Positions 12,246 to 24,930 are shown, numbered from the stretch's first letter. The stretch: DNA of 64,000 nucleotides from Rhizobiaceae bacterium (GCA_965204295.1 OZ241973.1:3437940-3501939); one strand, 5' to 3'. Made by a program: numbers and translations. Notes: a model not told the origin generated them from the letters alone.

Positions 12246-13351
12246 CGGAACCGATCTGCGCGCACCCATTCCATATAGCGGTCTTCGCCGAGAATCTCCT
12301 CGCGCACAAGGGTGAATTCGACCGGAACACGATCCGGCGTCAGCGGCGAGGCGATTCCCGTATCGCCGATGAACATCGGGGCGTCGAACAGGATTATCCG
12401 ATCCACGAGACCGTCCGCGAGGAACGACCGCGCGATTTTCACGCCGCCTTCGACCAGAACCGACATGACGCCCTGCGCGCCCAGATCGTCCAGCAATTCC
12501 GGAAGCGCGACTTGTCCGTCGTCGGTCTCGGTGGCGAGAAAACGAACCCCGGCGGCAACGAGTTCATCCGCCGTTCCCGGTTCTCCGCCGCCGCTTGCCG
12601 CCAGCCACAACGGAACCTGGCGCGCACCCGAAACCAATTCGGAGCCGGACTTCAGCGATGACGCGCCGCCAACGACAATTCTGATGGGCGACCGGTCTTC
12701 CAATCCCGGCAGACGGCAGGTCAATTCGGGGTCGTCGGCAATGGCGGTGCCGCTCCCAACGAGGATCGCATGGGCTTGCGCGCGCATCAAATGGGCGCGT
12801 GCGCGGGCTTCCGGGCCGGTAATCGCGACTTGCCCCACACCTTTCCGGCCAACCATACCATCGGCGGAAACCGCAATTTTCAAAGTTAGTTCCGGGCGCT
12901 TTTTCATAGATCGGATCAAGTATCCCGCCATTGCGTCCGCCGCCTGATCCGACAATACGTCCTCGGTCACCGAAATCCCTGCCTGGCGCAGAATCGCATA
13001 TCCCCTGCCCGATACCCGTTCATCGGGGTCGCCGGCTCCCCCGACGACCCGCGAAACCCCGGCGGCGACCAGGGCCTCGGCGCATGGCCGTGTGCGGCCA
13101 TGATGGGCGCAGGGCTCAAGCGTGACATAGGCGGTTGCGCCGCGGGCGCTTTCGCCGGCTTCGGCGAGCGCGACCGGTTCCGCATGGGGTCTGCCACCCG
13201 CCGCGGTCACGCCACGGCCGACGATGGCGCCATCCTCGCCGACGATCAACGTCGCCACCGACGGGTTCGCGCCGGTTCGCCCGCTGTTGCGCCGCGAAAG
13301 CCTGATTGCGGCCGCCATGAAGCGCTCGTCATCCCGCGGTGTGAATTGCAC
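12227..13351 (-). CDS. ribD: Bifunctional diaminohydroxyphosphoribosylaminopyrimidine deaminase / 5-amino-6-(5-phosphoribosylamino)uracil reductase
   Basis: CMP/dCMP deaminase zinc motif (HAE...PCAHHGRTRPC) followed by a RibD C-terminal reductase domain. Confidence 0.9.
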   Translation of the reverse strand: MQFTPRDDERFMAAAIRLSRRNSGRTGANPSVATLIVGEDGAIVGRGVTAAGGRPHAEPVALAEAGESARGATAYVTLEPCAHHGRTRPCAEALVAAGVSRVVGGAGDPDERVSGRGYAILRQAGISVTEDVLSDQAADAMAGYLIRSMKKRPELTLKIAVSADGMVGRKGVGQVAITGPEARARAHLMRAQAHAILVGSGTAIADDPELTCRLPGLEDRSPIRIVVGGASSLKSGSELVSGARQVPLWLAASGGGEPGTADELVAAGVRFLATETDDGQVALPELLDDLGAQGVMSVLVEGGVKIARSFLADGLVDRIILFDAPMFIGDTGIASPLTPDRVPVEFTLVREEILGEDRYMEWVRADRFRCSPVS

Positions 13352-13354
13352 GCC

Positions 13355-13828
13355 TCAACCTCTCGACACCGCTTCCGCGTCATCCTCGAGTTCGCCGAGC
13401 ACTTGCTGAAACTCGCCAAGAGTGCGGAAATTCCGGTAGACGGAGGCGAACCGGACATAGGCGACGTCGTCGAGCGCCTTTAACGCTTCCATGGCCGCGA
13501 CGCCGATGTGTTCGGAGGGAATTTCCTGATCGCCGGCGCTTTCGAACTGGCGGACAATGCCCGAGACGGCGCCGTCCAGCTTTTCTGGGTCGACATTCCG
13601 CTTGCGCAGAGCCGTCTCCATCGACCGCATCAGCTTGTCGCGGTCGAACGGCACCTTGCGTCCGGATTTCTTGATCACCAGCAGGTCGCGAAGCTGCACG
13701 CGCTCGAAGGTCGTGAACCGTCCTCCGCAAGACGGGCAGACCCGCCGGCGCCGAATGGCGACTCCATCCTCGGCGGGACGCGAATCCTTCACCTGAGTGT
13801 CTTCGGACTGGCAGTATGGGCAGCGCAT
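13355..13828 (-). CDS. nrdR: Transcriptional repressor NrdR
   Basis: [17 protein letters not shown]...[13 protein letters not shown] zinc ribbon plus an ATP-cone. Confidence 0.95.
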   Translation of the reverse strand: MRCPYCQSEDTQVKDSRPAEDGVAIRRRRVCPSCGGRFTTFERVQLRDLLVIKKSGRKVPFDRDKLMRSMETALRKRNVDPEKLDGAVSGIVRQFESAGDQEIPSEHIGVAAMEALKALDDVAYVRFASVYRNFRTLGEFQQVLGELEDDAEAVSRG

Positions 13829-13866
13829 GGGCCGAATTCCTTCGAATCAACGCGGTCGAAGGCGCA

Positions 13867-15177
<1,311 letters not shown>

Positions 15178-15305
15178 TTTAGAGCGTTGTCACGAGCCAC
15201 GCTGTGTATCACAATTGCCAGAGGGCCGCCACCGCCGCGATGCCGCAACCGTTTCGTATATGCAAGGAAGCCGCCGGGATGGACGGTTCATCAGATGAGC
15301 AAGCG

Positions 15306-16556
15306 CTAAAGAGTTGACGAAATCTGCAATTCGTCGACACCGTCGCGACGGTAGATATCATCGCGCAGATGTACGACGGCATCGCCGGTCGACCAGGCGG
15401 AGATGTAGGTGAAATAGACCGGCACCGGCTCGGCGAGCGCGACGGGAACGCTTTCTCCGGACTTGATCGTCCGTTCGAAACGCGATCTGTTCCAGCCATC
15501 CGTATCACGCAGCAACCAGGTAACCAGGTCGCGCACGTTCTGAACGCGCACACAGCCGGAGGATTCAAACCGAAGCAGTTTCGAAAACAGGCTCTGCTGC
15601 GGCGTATCGTGCATGTAAACGGCGTGCGGGTTTGGAAAATTGATCTTTACCGAAGCCATTGCGTTGATCTTGCCGGGATCCTGGCGGAACCGCAGATTGA
15701 CCGCTTCATCGGTCGACCAGTCGACGGCCGACGGTTCGATTTCATCGCCATTCGGCGCATAGAGGCGGATATTGTTGCGTGTCAGGTAGGTCGGATCCTT
15801 GCGCATCAGCGGTATGATATCGCGTTGGACGATCGATACCGGAGCATTCCAGTAGGGGTTGACGATGACTTCGTCGATTTTCGAATTGAGGATCGGCGTT
15901 TGGCGGTCGGTTTTACCGACGATCGCCGTGTGGCGCTGCGCGACCCGTCCGCCCTCCACGGCCTCGATCTGCGCCGCGGGAATGTTGACCATCACGTAAC
16001 GGCCGCCGAGGAGACCGGACATCGACCGCAGGCGAATCAGATTTGTCTCAAGCTGCCCCAGCCGGATCGGCGCCGACACGTTCATCGCGGCAAACGAGTA
16101 ACGGCTCATCACGCCGTCCACGGGAAGACCGTGGCGCGTCTGGAAACGTTTCACCGCCGCATCGACGTATGTATCGTAGGATTGCGAAATACCGGCGCGG
16201 CGCGGCAGGTCTCCCGAAATGATCAGGCGCTTGCGCAAAATCTCAACCGCCGGATCGCTTACACCGAGGCGAAGCTTCTTTGTCGCGGGGACAACGGGCC
16301 AACCGCCGCCGTTGACGATATCGATGTATCGCCATATGGCCTGTTCGATAAACTCCACGGTTTCAGGGCTGAAAATCGGCAGGTTCGAAGCGATCCTGCC
16401 GCCTCCGGCGCGGGCGTCGAACTCATCGTCCCAGTTTCCCCGGCTTGGCGAATTCAACAGACTCCCGAACATGTCACGCGCCCGCGCCGTTCCCGGCATG
16501 GCCAATGCCGTAAACGCGCCGGCCGTAGAGAGGAAATGTCTGCGATCTGCCTTCAT
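15306..16556 (-). CDS. L,D-transpeptidase family protein with peptidoglycan-binding domain
   Basis: PG-binding repeat (AVKRFQTRHGLPVDGV) and YkuD catalytic motif (YMHDTP...SSGCVRV). A Tat-like signal (RRHFLS) is present. Confidence 0.85.
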   Translation of the reverse strand: MKADRRHFLSTAGAFTALAMPGTARARDMFGSLLNSPSRGNWDDEFDARAGGGRIASNLPIFSPETVEFIEQAIWRYIDIVNGGGWPVVPATKKLRLGVSDPAVEILRKRLIISGDLPRRAGISQSYDTYVDAAVKRFQTRHGLPVDGVMSRYSFAAMNVSAPIRLGQLETNLIRLRSMSGLLGGRYVMVNIPAAQIEAVEGGRVAQRHTAIVGKTDRQTPILNSKIDEVIVNPYWNAPVSIVQRDIIPLMRKDPTYLTRNNIRLYAPNGDEIEPSAVDWSTDEAVNLRFRQDPGKINAMASVKINFPNPHAVYMHDTPQQSLFSKLLRFESSGCVRVQNVRDLVTWLLRDTDGWNRSRFERTIKSGESVPVALAEPVPVYFTYISAWSTGDAVVHLRDDIYRRDGVDELQISSTL

Positions 16557-16838
16557 GCGTCACCCGTAACGGCCTTCGGCGCCAATGGCCCGGATTTCAA
16601 ACCCCGGTGGTTCCAGTATGGTTGCCAAATCTATAATCCGTAACGTTAATAAAGCGCGAATCGTATCTGTGCCATCAATGACGGCGCGCCTCGTTTCACG
16701 CTGGATTCCGCTTCGCCATCGCCAATTCCATCCGAATGAGGCGGCAAGGTGGCAGGTGCGTCACGAAAGTTTGAAAGTCCGGAACGGAACAGTGGGCCCG
16801 CATTACGGACCCGCGCATGGTCCGGCATTGAATTCAGA

Positions 16839-17354
16839 TCACATCCGGTAGGCGATTGTGTCGTTCCAGAAGCGGTCGAGCCGCTGCAATGCTTTGTTCA
16901 TTTGCCGGAACTCGTCGGCGTCGATGCCGCCGACCTGCATGATCGAACCGATATGGCGCTCATGGAGGCGTCCGACCATGTCGGCGACCTCCCGGCCCTT
17001 CCCGGCCAGGCCCACCCGAACCGAACGGCGATCGGCCCACGAGCGCCGATGGTCGAGAAACCCGAGAGCGACCAGTTTTTTCAGGTTGTAGGATACGTTC
17101 GAGCCGAGATAGCAACCGCGCGAACGCAGTTCTCCGGCCGTCAGTTCCGCTCCTCCGATGTTGAACAGAAGCAACGCCTGAACGGCATTGATGTCCGATC
17201 GGCCGTTGCGGTCGAATTCATCCTTGATCACGTCCAGAAGACGGCGGTGCAACCGCTCAACGAGTTGCAGCGATTCCAGATAAAGCGGGCGGACCGCCTT
17301 TCGGTGTTCTTCCTGCTTGACCGGCTGCGCGCCGGCGGGCTGTGCGTTCATCAT
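16839..17354 (-). CDS. MarR-family winged-helix regulator (LdtR-like by context)
   Basis: A MarR-type wHTH region, and a position immediately upstream of the L,D-transpeptidase gene on the same strand. Confidence 0.7.
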   Translation of the reverse strand: MMNAQPAGAQPVKQEEHRKAVRPLYLESLQLVERLHRRLLDVIKDEFDRNGRSDINAVQALLLFNIGGAELTAGELRSRGCYLGSNVSYNLKKLVALGFLDHRRSWADRRSVRVGLAGKGREVADMVGRLHERHIGSIMQVGGIDADEFRQMNKALQRLDRFWNDTIAYRM

Positions 17355-17501
17355 CGTTGTGCCTCTTGTTCAACGCCCGGTGATTGTTGTTTGTTCTCCA
17401 CCATGACGGGCACAATATCGAATGCACCTTAAATTCGACTTAAACGCCAATCTTAACAGGAACTTGCGAGGACGCCGGCGGCAAGGAGAGCAAATTTTCG
17501 G

Positions 17502-17924
17502 TTAACGCCCGACGTTGCGTCCTTGCAAATGGATCACAATGCGAAAGACGCAGTAGATCACCGCGACCGTCGCGTGTGAGATAACGAAGACCTGCCCGGC
17601 GCCGAAAAACTCGGGAAATCCGACATACATGACCGCTTCCGCGGCGGCACAGCAGAACCAGACGACCGGTCCCCAGGAAGCGATGGTCCACAACCCGACC
17701 GCCGCGAACGGAAACAACACCGCCAGCGACGCCGAGGCGATTTGCCAATGGACCGGCATGAGGTCGAAGCGCCAGAATACGCCATCATAATAACCGATGA
17801 GCCGGATCCAGTAGAGAACGCCGAAAAGCAGACAATAGACGGCGATGGTCCTGTGGAACCAGACGAAGGAAACTTCGGCAGTTTCCGGTTTGAGAGCGGT
17901 CTGCTCGATATCTCCGTGGATCAC
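17502..17924 (-). CDS. Hypothetical integral membrane protein (about 4 TM helices)
   Basis: Hydrophobic 140-aa ORF with good GC3 bias. It overlaps the upstream gene's stop by 4 nt. No recognisable motif. Confidence 0.5.
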   Translation of the reverse strand: MIHGDIEQTALKPETAEVSFVWFHRTIAVYCLLFGVLYWIRLIGYYDGVFWRFDLMPVHWQIASASLAVLFPFAAVGLWTIASWGPVVWFCCAAAEAVMYVGFPEFFGAGQVFVISHATVAVIYCVFRIVIHLQGRNVGR

Positions 17925-19009
17925 CGCGCGCGCGCCCCTTCAATCGAAGCCGATACCGTTAGCTCATTTCCTCCCAGCGAGGCAAAATAGGAATCGATTT
18001 CCGTCCGGTCGACAAGATCAAATTCCGCCGGTCGCCAGCAGGGCGAACCGTCCTTGTCGATGACGGCCGATCTGATCCCTTCATAAAAATCATGCCGCTC
18101 CAGCATGCGCGATGCAATCCGGTACTCCATTGCCATGCATTCCGCCATGGAAAGCCGCGCGCCGGCCCTGATTTGCCGGAAAGCGACGTTGAGGCTGGTG
18201 GGAGAAGCCCTGGCGAGCCTTGCAAGCGTATCAACGGCGAAGCGGTCGCCGCCGCGAGCCTTGCCTCGAAGACTTTTCACAAGGCCGGCAAGACCGGGCG
18301 CGGAAAAATGCCGTCCGATATCCGCGATCGTCGATTCATTGACATTACGCTCGGGGTCGAATGAGTGATCGCCGAGCACGGCATCCACCGTTCCAACTCC
18401 GGCAAGGTCCGCGACAATCCGTTCGAATTGATTGGCTTTGGTGCAATGCGTGGCCAAACCGGCCCATTTTGCATCTCCCCAACCCAATCGCGATCCGGTC
18501 AAACCCAGCCACAGTCCGAATTCCCCCGGTAATCGCGGCAGAAACCTGCTGCCGCCGACATCGGGAAAAAATCCGATCGTAACCTCCGGCATGGCGAATT
18601 TCGCTTTCTCGCTGAAAACGCGATGGCTGCCGTGAATCGAAATCCCGACGCCACCGCCCATGACAATGCCGTCGACCAGCGCGACATACGGTTTGGGATA
18701 AGATTCGATGCGAATGTTCAACCGGTATTCGTCAGCGAAGAAACTGTAGAGCGGATGCCCGGATTTCCCGGCATCGTAAATAGCCTGAATGTCTCCACCG
18801 GCGCAAAAGGCCCTGCCCTCGCCACGAACGATAACGACTTCCACGCCGGCGTCATGTTCCCAATCGGCAAGCGCCCTGGACATTGCGATGACCATATTCC
18901 TGGTCAACGCATTCAGCGCTTTCGGCCGGGTCAGGGTGATCACCCCCGCCTTGCCGGTCCGCTCGAAAAGGATTTCATCGCCGCCGCCGTACCCTGGCAC
19001 CTGCTTCAT
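17921..19009 (-). CDS. Enoyl-CoA hydratase/isomerase family protein (3-hydroxyisobutyryl-CoA hydrolase-like)
   Basis: Crotonase fold motifs (RAFCAGGDI, DGIVMGGGVGIS). The start is moved to the internal Met (MKQVPG) to avoid overlapping the divergent hemB. Confidence 0.8.
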   Translation of the reverse strand: MKQVPGYGGGDEILFERTGKAGVITLTRPKALNALTRNMVIAMSRALADWEHDAGVEVVIVRGEGRAFCAGGDIQAIYDAGKSGHPLYSFFADEYRLNIRIESYPKPYVALVDGIVMGGGVGISIHGSHRVFSEKAKFAMPEVTIGFFPDVGGSRFLPRLPGEFGLWLGLTGSRLGWGDAKWAGLATHCTKANQFERIVADLAGVGTVDAVLGDHSFDPERNVNESTIADIGRHFSAPGLAGLVKSLRGKARGGDRFAVDTLARLARASPTSLNVAFRQIRAGARLSMAECMAMEYRIASRMLERHDFYEGIRSAVIDKDGSPCWRPAEFDLVDRTEIDSYFASLGGNELTVSASIEGARAR

Positions 19010-19121
19010 CTCCGTTTTGTCCCGCGGGTGAGCAATAGAAACGACGTTTCGTCGCGTCAATCCGGCCTTGGTATCGATGGCCACGGCGTGATAGACAGCC
19101 GCGTTCCAGGAGAAGAACCAG

Positions 19122-20153
19122 ATGAACAAGATCATTCGTGCCGTTCAAAGCGGCGCCCGCAACGTCGATGAAATAACCGGAAGCCGGCGAATGCGGCGTT
19201 TACGCCGGTTTCCGTGGCTGCGCGAACTCGTTTCGGAAAGCGTTGTGACGACCGGCGATCTGATATGGCCTCTCTTTCCCGTCGATGGGGAAAACCGACG
19301 TCAGCCCGTCGGGGCGATGCCGGGATTAAACCGCCTGTCGGTCGACCTTCTCGTTGAGGAGGCGAGGCGCGCGCGCGATCTCGGCATACCGGCCATTGCG
19401 ACATTTCCCTGCATCGACAATGACCTGCGAGACGATTTCGGATCCGGTATCCTCGATCCGGACAACCTGATAAACCGGGCGACGCGGGCGATAAAGGAAG
19501 CGGCGCCGGAGATCGGCGTCATCACCGATGTCGCGCTCGACCCGTTCACGTCACACGGACATGACGGCGTTTTGCGCGACGGGATCATCGCCAACGACGA
19601 AACCGTCGGAGTGCTGGCGGATGCGGCCGTTCTGCAAGCGGCGGCCGGATCGGATATCATCGCGCCGTCGGACATGATGGATGGCCGCGTCGGCGCCATT
19701 CGAGACGCGCTCGACGCCAACGGTTTCCATCATGTGTCCATCATGTCCTACGCGACCAAATACGCTTCGGCGTTTTACGGGCCTTATCGTGAAGCGGTCG
19801 GAACCGGCGATCTGCTCAAGGGCGACAAGAAGACCTATTATGTCGATCCCGCGAACTCAGACGAAGCAATGCGCGAAATCGGCCTGGATATCTCGGAAGG
19901 CGCGGATATGGTCATGGTCAAACCGGGCATGCCCTATCTCGATATCGTTCACCGGGCCAAGGAAACATTTGCGATGCCGACATTCGCCTATCAGGTGTCC
20001 GGAGAATTCGCCATGATCAAGGCCGCCGGCGCCAATGGGTGGATCGACGGCGAAAAGGCGATGATGGAAGCCATGATGGCCTTCAAACGCGCCGGTTGTG
20101 ATGGTGTTTTGACCTATTTCGCGCCGGATATCGCGGAAATCCTCAACAAATAG
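19122..20153 (+). CDS. hemB: Porphobilinogen synthase (delta-aminolevulinate dehydratase)
   Basis: 343 aa with ALAD motifs (DVALDPFTSHGHDG, VKPGMPYLDI, AYQVSGEFAM). Confidence 0.95.
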   Translation: MNKIIRAVQSGARNVDEITGSRRMRRLRRFPWLRELVSESVVTTGDLIWPLFPVDGENRRQPVGAMPGLNRLSVDLLVEEARRARDLGIPAIATFPCIDNDLRDDFGSGILDPDNLINRATRAIKEAAPEIGVITDVALDPFTSHGHDGVLRDGIIANDETVGVLADAAVLQAAAGSDIIAPSDMMDGRVGAIRDALDANGFHHVSIMSYATKYASAFYGPYREAVGTGDLLKGDKKTYYVDPANSDEAMREIGLDISEGADMVMVKPGMPYLDIVHRAKETFAMPTFAYQVSGEFAMIKAAGANGWIDGEKAMMEAMMAFKRAGCDGVLTYFAPDIAEILNK

Positions 20154-20163
20154 GACGGAAATC

Positions 20164-20703
20164 TTGAATTCGGCCGCATGCGTCGCCATGTCCGAAACGA
20201 GGAGATTCGGTCCAGGACGCATGTCAATGAACGCCGAAGCGCTCGAAGGCGAAATACTGCAATCCCATGTGGATAACCTACGGGCTTTCGAGGGCGTTCG
20301 CACAAGGCGCGTCGTCGCCTTCTGTCTCGACTATGTGTTTGTCGGGCTGCTGTCGGCCCCGCTCGCGATCATCGTGTTCCTGCTTGGCGTCATCACACTC
20401 GGCCTTGGGTTCGCGTTGTTCGGCATTTTGGTTCCCGCGGTGACCCTGATTTACGTCGCGCGTACACTTGGCGGCGCCGGGCAGGCAACGCCCGGCATGC
20501 GAATCATGGGCATTCGGCTTGAGCGGCTGGACGGCAAACCCATGGACGGGATCCTCGCCATCGTTCACACCGTGCTTTTCTGGGCGGGAAATGTCCTGCT
20601 GACGCCGTTGATATTGCTGGCGACCTTGTTTCTCGACCGCAAGCGCACCGTCCACGACATGCTGCTCGGAACGGTTGTCGTGCGTCACCCGCGAATGTGG
20701 TGA
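20164..20703 (+). CDS. RDD family membrane protein
   Basis: Three TM segments and a terminal R-x-VHDMLLGT motif typical of RDD domains. The exact start is uncertain. Confidence 0.6.
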   Translation: MNSAACVAMSETRRFGPGRMSMNAEALEGEILQSHVDNLRAFEGVRTRRVVAFCLDYVFVGLLSAPLAIIVFLLGVITLGLGFALFGILVPAVTLIYVARTLGGAGQATPGMRIMGIRLERLDGKPMDGILAIVHTVLFWAGNVLLTPLILLATLFLDRKRTVHDMLLGTVVVRHPRMW

Positions 20704-20827
20704 TATTTTTCCGGCCGGGATCATTTCGCGATCAAAAATCTCTTTGTCCGCCGCGCCGCGGCATTGCCGGTCTTCTAATCGCGGCCTTCACGGCATATGA
20801 TGCACTGGATCAATCGACGGTACACAT

Positions 20828-22642
20828 ATGGACCAATTCCATATCTGGGCGACCTATCTGATTGTCGTGGTTACGATAATTGCCTACGCTACGGAACGTT
20901 TCGCCCTTGAAATTGTCGCGTTGTGCAGCCTGGCGGCATTGCTGCTGCTGTTCGCGCTCTTTCCTTACGCCGGACCTGAAGGCCGGATCGGTCCCCAGGA
21001 TCTGTTGATGGGATTCGCCAGCCCCGCGCTGGCGACGGTGCTGGCGCTCCTGATTGTCGGACAGGGCCTGTTCGCCACCGACGCGATTGAGGGCATTTCC
21101 CGGACCATCTCCCGCATGGGCGGATCGTCGGGATATATGACGATTGGAATTACGCTGGTCGTCGCTGCCGGCTTGAGCGCGGTTCTCAACAATACGCCGG
21201 TCGTCGTCATATTCATCCCGGTCATTTCGCTATTGGCGGCCCAGCGCAACCTGCCGGCCGCCGGCGCGCTGCTGCCGCTGTCCTATCTGTCGATCCTCGG
21301 TGGCATGACCACATTGATCGGCTCGTCGACCAATCTGCTTGCGGCCGGGATCGCCGGCGATGCTGGAATCGAGATCGGCTTTTTCGACATCACGATTCCC
21401 GGCCTGTTTCTGGCGGTGGCGGGCGGTTTGTATGTCTTCGCGTTTCTGCCGGTGATGTTTCGCGCGCGCGGTGCGCCATCGGCGAATTCGGGACGCATGT
21501 CCGGTTCGCAGTTCATCGGCGAAATCCGGCTTTCTCCCGATCACCCGTTTATCGGAATTGAATCCAGAGCCGGGCTTTTCCCCCGGTTGGGCGATTTGAT
21601 GCCGCGGCTCATCCTGCGCCGGGGCACAGCGATCTATCCGCCTTTTGAAGATGCGGTGCTTTCGGTGGGAGACAAACTCGTCGTCTCCGCCACCCGACAG
21701 GTTTTCACCCGCGCTCTGGCGGGTGGTTCCGCCGGACCGGCGCAGGGTGACGGCGAGGAAAGCGCGGGCGGCGGACCTCCCGCCGTCGGCTATCAGGTCG
21801 CCGAGGCGGTCGTCGCGCCGGGTTCGCGCCATTCGGGCAGAACGATCCGGAATGCCGGCATCGAGACAAGCTACGGCGTGGACGTGATCGCCGTGCAGCG
21901 CAAGAACCGGATGAGCCGCATCCCGTTTCCCGAAATCAGGCTGGAACCCGGTGACACCCTGCTCGTCGGCGGCACCGAAGCCCAGCTTCAAAACCTGCGA
22001 GCCAATCATGATCTTTTGCTGCTGGAATGGTCGGCCGAGACCGTGCCCCAAAGGCGAAAGGCCGGTATCGCCTTCATCGTCTTCGCGGCGATCGTTACGT
22101 GTGCGGCGACAGGTGTCGTGCCGATCGCTTCAGCGGCGATCGTCGGCGCATTCTCCATCATCGCAACCGGCTGCCTCACGATGCAGCAGGCCGCCCGCGC
22201 GTTTGACCGCCAGATATTCGTTCTCGTCGGCGCGTCGATCGCGGCCGCCGTGGCGCTGGAAAAAACCGGCGGCGCCATGCTCGCGGCGGAATCGGTTGTC
22301 CGTCTGTTCGAGGGTCATGGGTCGGCCGTCCTGTTGTCCGCGTTCTTCGCCGCAATCGCCGTGATGACCAATTTCCTGTCCAACAATGCGGCGGCGGTTC
22401 TGTTCACGCCGATCGGCATCGGCATCGCGAAAGCGGTCGACGCGCCGCCGGAAGCTTTTGTGGCCGCGGTGATTTTCGCCGCGAACTCCTCCTTCGCCAC
22501 ACCGATGGGCTACCAGACAAACCTGATGGTGATGGGTCCGGGCAATTACCGTTTTCTCGACTATGTGAAAGCCGGTTGTCCGCTGGTCGTGATTATTTGG
22601 TTGACCTTTTCCGTGGTCGGGCCATGGTATTATGGTTTGTGA
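20828..22642 (+). CDS. SLC13/DASS-type permease with central TrkA-C (RCK_C) domains
   Basis: 604 aa. Polytopic N- and C-terminal halves flank two soluble RCK_C-like segments (GDKLVVSA..., GDTLLVGG...). Confidence 0.8.
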   Translation: MDQFHIWATYLIVVVTIIAYATERFALEIVALCSLAALLLLFALFPYAGPEGRIGPQDLLMGFASPALATVLALLIVGQGLFATDAIEGISRTISRMGGSSGYMTIGITLVVAAGLSAVLNNTPVVVIFIPVISLLAAQRNLPAAGALLPLSYLSILGGMTTLIGSSTNLLAAGIAGDAGIEIGFFDITIPGLFLAVAGGLYVFAFLPVMFRARGAPSANSGRMSGSQFIGEIRLSPDHPFIGIESRAGLFPRLGDLMPRLILRRGTAIYPPFEDAVLSVGDKLVVSATRQVFTRALAGGSAGPAQGDGEESAGGGPPAVGYQVAEAVVAPGSRHSGRTIRNAGIETSYGVDVIAVQRKNRMSRIPFPEIRLEPGDTLLVGGTEAQLQNLRANHDLLLLEWSAETVPQRRKAGIAFIVFAAIVTCAATGVVPIASAAIVGAFSIIATGCLTMQQAARAFDRQIFVLVGASIAAAVALEKTGGAMLAAESVVRLFEGHGSAVLLSAFFAAIAVMTNFLSNNAAAVLFTPIGIGIAKAVDAPPEAFVAAVIFAANSSFATPMGYQTNLMVMGPGNYRFLDYVKAGCPLVVIIWLTFSVVGPWYYGL

Positions 22643-22680
22643 CCGGCATTGAATCCCGAGGAACGGGTCAGAATAACTAT

Positions 22681-23439
22681 ATGACTCATCATACCCCCCA
22701 ATCTCCTCAGTTCTTTCTGACCGCGCCGTCCCCCTGCCCGTATATCGAAGGACAGTTTGAGCGAAAGGTTTTCACTCATCTTGTCGGGGACAAAGCCCCG
22801 GGCATCAACGACCTGCTCACGCAGGGCGGGTTCCGGCGATCGCAGAACATCGCCTATCGACCGGCCTGCGAGCATTGTCGAGCCTGTGTTTCCGTGCGGA
22901 TTCTGGCGCAGGAGTTCGAACCGACACGAAACATGAAACGGGTGCTACAACGCAACGAGGATCTGATCGGCGCTGAAATCAAGGCGCAACCCACCACCGA
23001 ACAATACTCCCTGTTCCGCTCATACCTTGACGCCCGGCATCGCCGCGGAGGCATGTCCGACATGACGGTGCTCGACTACGCGATGATGGTCGAGGACACG
23101 CATGTGAACACCAGGATCATCGAATATCGGAAAAAGGGATCTGATTCCTTCATGACCTCGGCCGGAGAAGGCGATCTGATCGCGGTCGCGCTGTCGGACC
23201 GGATGGCGGACGGCTATTCCATGGTCTATTCCTGTTTCAGGCCGGAAATGGAGGACCGCTCCCTGGGAACGTATATGATCCTCGATCACATCGCCCGCAC
23301 CCGCGCCGCCGGGCTCGCCCATGTCTATCTCGGTTATTGGGTCAGCGGATCGGGGAAGATGGAGTACAAAGCCCGGTTCCGGCCCCAGGAACGCCTTGGT
23401 CCCGACGGCTGGGAGCGTTACGAGGCGACGCGGACATAA
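22681..23439 (+). CDS. bpt: Arginyltransferase / aspartate-glutamate leucyltransferase (Bpt, N-end rule)
   Basis: [13 protein letters not shown]...[19 protein letters not shown]...YLGYW motifs of the ATE/Bpt family. The start is at the ATG at 22681. Confidence 0.85.
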   Translation: MTHHTPQSPQFFLTAPSPCPYIEGQFERKVFTHLVGDKAPGINDLLTQGGFRRSQNIAYRPACEHCRACVSVRILAQEFEPTRNMKRVLQRNEDLIGAEIKAQPTTEQYSLFRSYLDARHRRGGMSDMTVLDYAMMVEDTHVNTRIIEYRKKGSDSFMTSAGEGDLIAVALSDRMADGYSMVYSCFRPEMEDRSLGTYMILDHIARTRAAGLAHVYLGYWVSGSGKMEYKARFRPQERLGPDGWERYEATRT

Positions 23440-23669
23440 GTCCCGCCCGGCGCGGGAGATCGGCGAAAGGCCGGGTTCGGCAGGTCGGTCCGTCCGCCGC
23501 GTCGGGAATTTCATCCAAAAAACAATAAATACAGCATGTTACGCACTGAAATTGACTCAGAAGATTAGCAGACGACTAAGCGCGGGGTCGATTGCTGAAA
23601 TAAGCGGAGAACGATTGTCAGGGCGGCAAATTTCTGCTTTCTCGCACCTTTAGGGGAAAGGAAAACAAC

Positions 23670-24374
23670 ATGACTGAATTGAATGTGGCGATTGTCGTTG
23701 GCGGCGGCAGCGGCATGGGCGCCGATGCCGCGCGGAAATTGCGCGAAGACGGATTCGAGATCGCCATTCTGTCATCGTCCGGCAAGGGCGAGGCGCTCGC
23801 CGACGAGTTGGGCGGATTTGGCGTCACCGGCTCGAACCTCGAAGTCTCCGACCTCCGGCGCCTTGTTGAAGGCGCGATGGAGCGCTGGGGCCGCATCGAC
23901 GCGGCGGTCAACGGCGCCGGACACGGCCCGAAGGGCGATGTCCTGGCCATTGCGGACGAAGACTGGCACGCCGGCATGGATGTCTATCTGCTGAATGTCG
24001 TCCGCATGACGCGTCTGGTCACTCCGGTCATGCGGAAACAGGGCGGCGGCTCGATCGTCAACATCTCCACCTACGCGACATTCGAGCCGGAGGCGGCATT
24101 CCCGACGTCGGGCGTTTTCCGGGCCGGATTGGCGGCATTCGCCAAATTGTTCGCCGACAAATACGCCGCCGACAACATTCGCATGAACAATGTGCTTCCG
24201 GGCTTCATCAACAGCCTGCCTGAAGCGGAGGAGCGGCGGAAACGCATCCCGATGGGCCGATATGGCGACGTCGGCGAGGTTTCCGAACTGATCGCCTTTC
24301 TCGCCTCCGCCAGATCGAGCTACATCACCGGTCAGAATATCCGCATTGACGGAGGGATCACCAGATCGGTGTAG
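23670..24374 (+). CDS. SDR family oxidoreductase
   Basis: Short-chain dehydrogenase fold, with the glycine-rich VVGGGSGMG nucleotide-binding motif and the C-terminal YITGQNIRIDGG. Confidence 0.8.
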   Translation: MTELNVAIVVGGGSGMGADAARKLREDGFEIAILSSSGKGEALADELGGFGVTGSNLEVSDLRRLVEGAMERWGRIDAAVNGAGHGPKGDVLAIADEDWHAGMDVYLLNVVRMTRLVTPVMRKQGGGSIVNISTYATFEPEAAFPTSGVFRAGLAAFAKLFADKYAADNIRMNNVLPGFINSLPEAEERRKRIPMGRYGDVGEVSELIAFLASARSSYITGQNIRIDGGITRSV

Positions 24375-24399
24375 TTCGCGACCGACGGGGGTTAGGACG

Positions 24400-24930
24400 T
24401 TATCCGGATTTGGCCAGAATGAGCGCGGCGGTCAAATCCTCATAGGTGGCGTGGGTCTTTTCCGCGCCCCTCTCATGGACAAAACGCCAGACCTCCCTGC
24501 CGGACATTCCGTAGACGATCACGGTGGGAATCCGGTCGATATCGCCAAAGGCGCGCCTGATGTCCCCGGACCCGTCGAGCAAGGGGAACCGGGGCCTGGT
24601 GCGGTTCAGAAACCGCGCCATGCGGGCGGGATTCTTCTCGCCGCCAAACGCTTCGAACAGATTGATGGCGACGATCGCCGCGCCGTCGCCTTCGATTCCG
24701 GCCAGCCTGTTCAGATGGCCGAATTCATCGGTGCATGGCGGGCACCAGGAGGCGAAGAAGGCGACAATCACCGGACCCCGGTCGGGAATGACGCCATCGG
24801 CTCCCTCGCCGATGGCGGGCCGGTCGATCAGGAGTTCGCGCAATTCCCGCCAATCGGCTTCGCCGGCGCGGGCGTGGATGATCGGACCGAAAGCGACAAG
24901 GACCAGAACGCAGAACAATCTCGTCATCAT
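24400..24930 (-). CDS. TlpA-family thiol:disulfide oxidoreductase (redoxin)
   Basis: Signal peptide plus the thioredoxin motif WCPPC. Confidence 0.75.
   Translation of the reverse strand: MMTRLFCVLVLVAFGPIIHARAGEADWRELRELLIDRPAIGEGADGVIPDRGPVIVAFFASWCPPCTDEFGHLNRLAGIEGDGAAIVAINLFEAFGGEKNPARMARFLNRTRPRFPLLDGSGDIRRAFGDIDRIPTVIVYGMSGREVWRFVHERGAEKTHATYEDLTAALILAKSG

Noticed and set aside
15178-15305. A possible ZTP (pfl) or other riboswitch in the 128-nt glyA leader.
   Set aside because: Only a loose GGCTCGTGAC-like match lies next to the start codon. The conserved 3' CCGCCTGGGC-type pseudoknot partner is not present in the right order, so this cannot be supported without a covariance-model scan.
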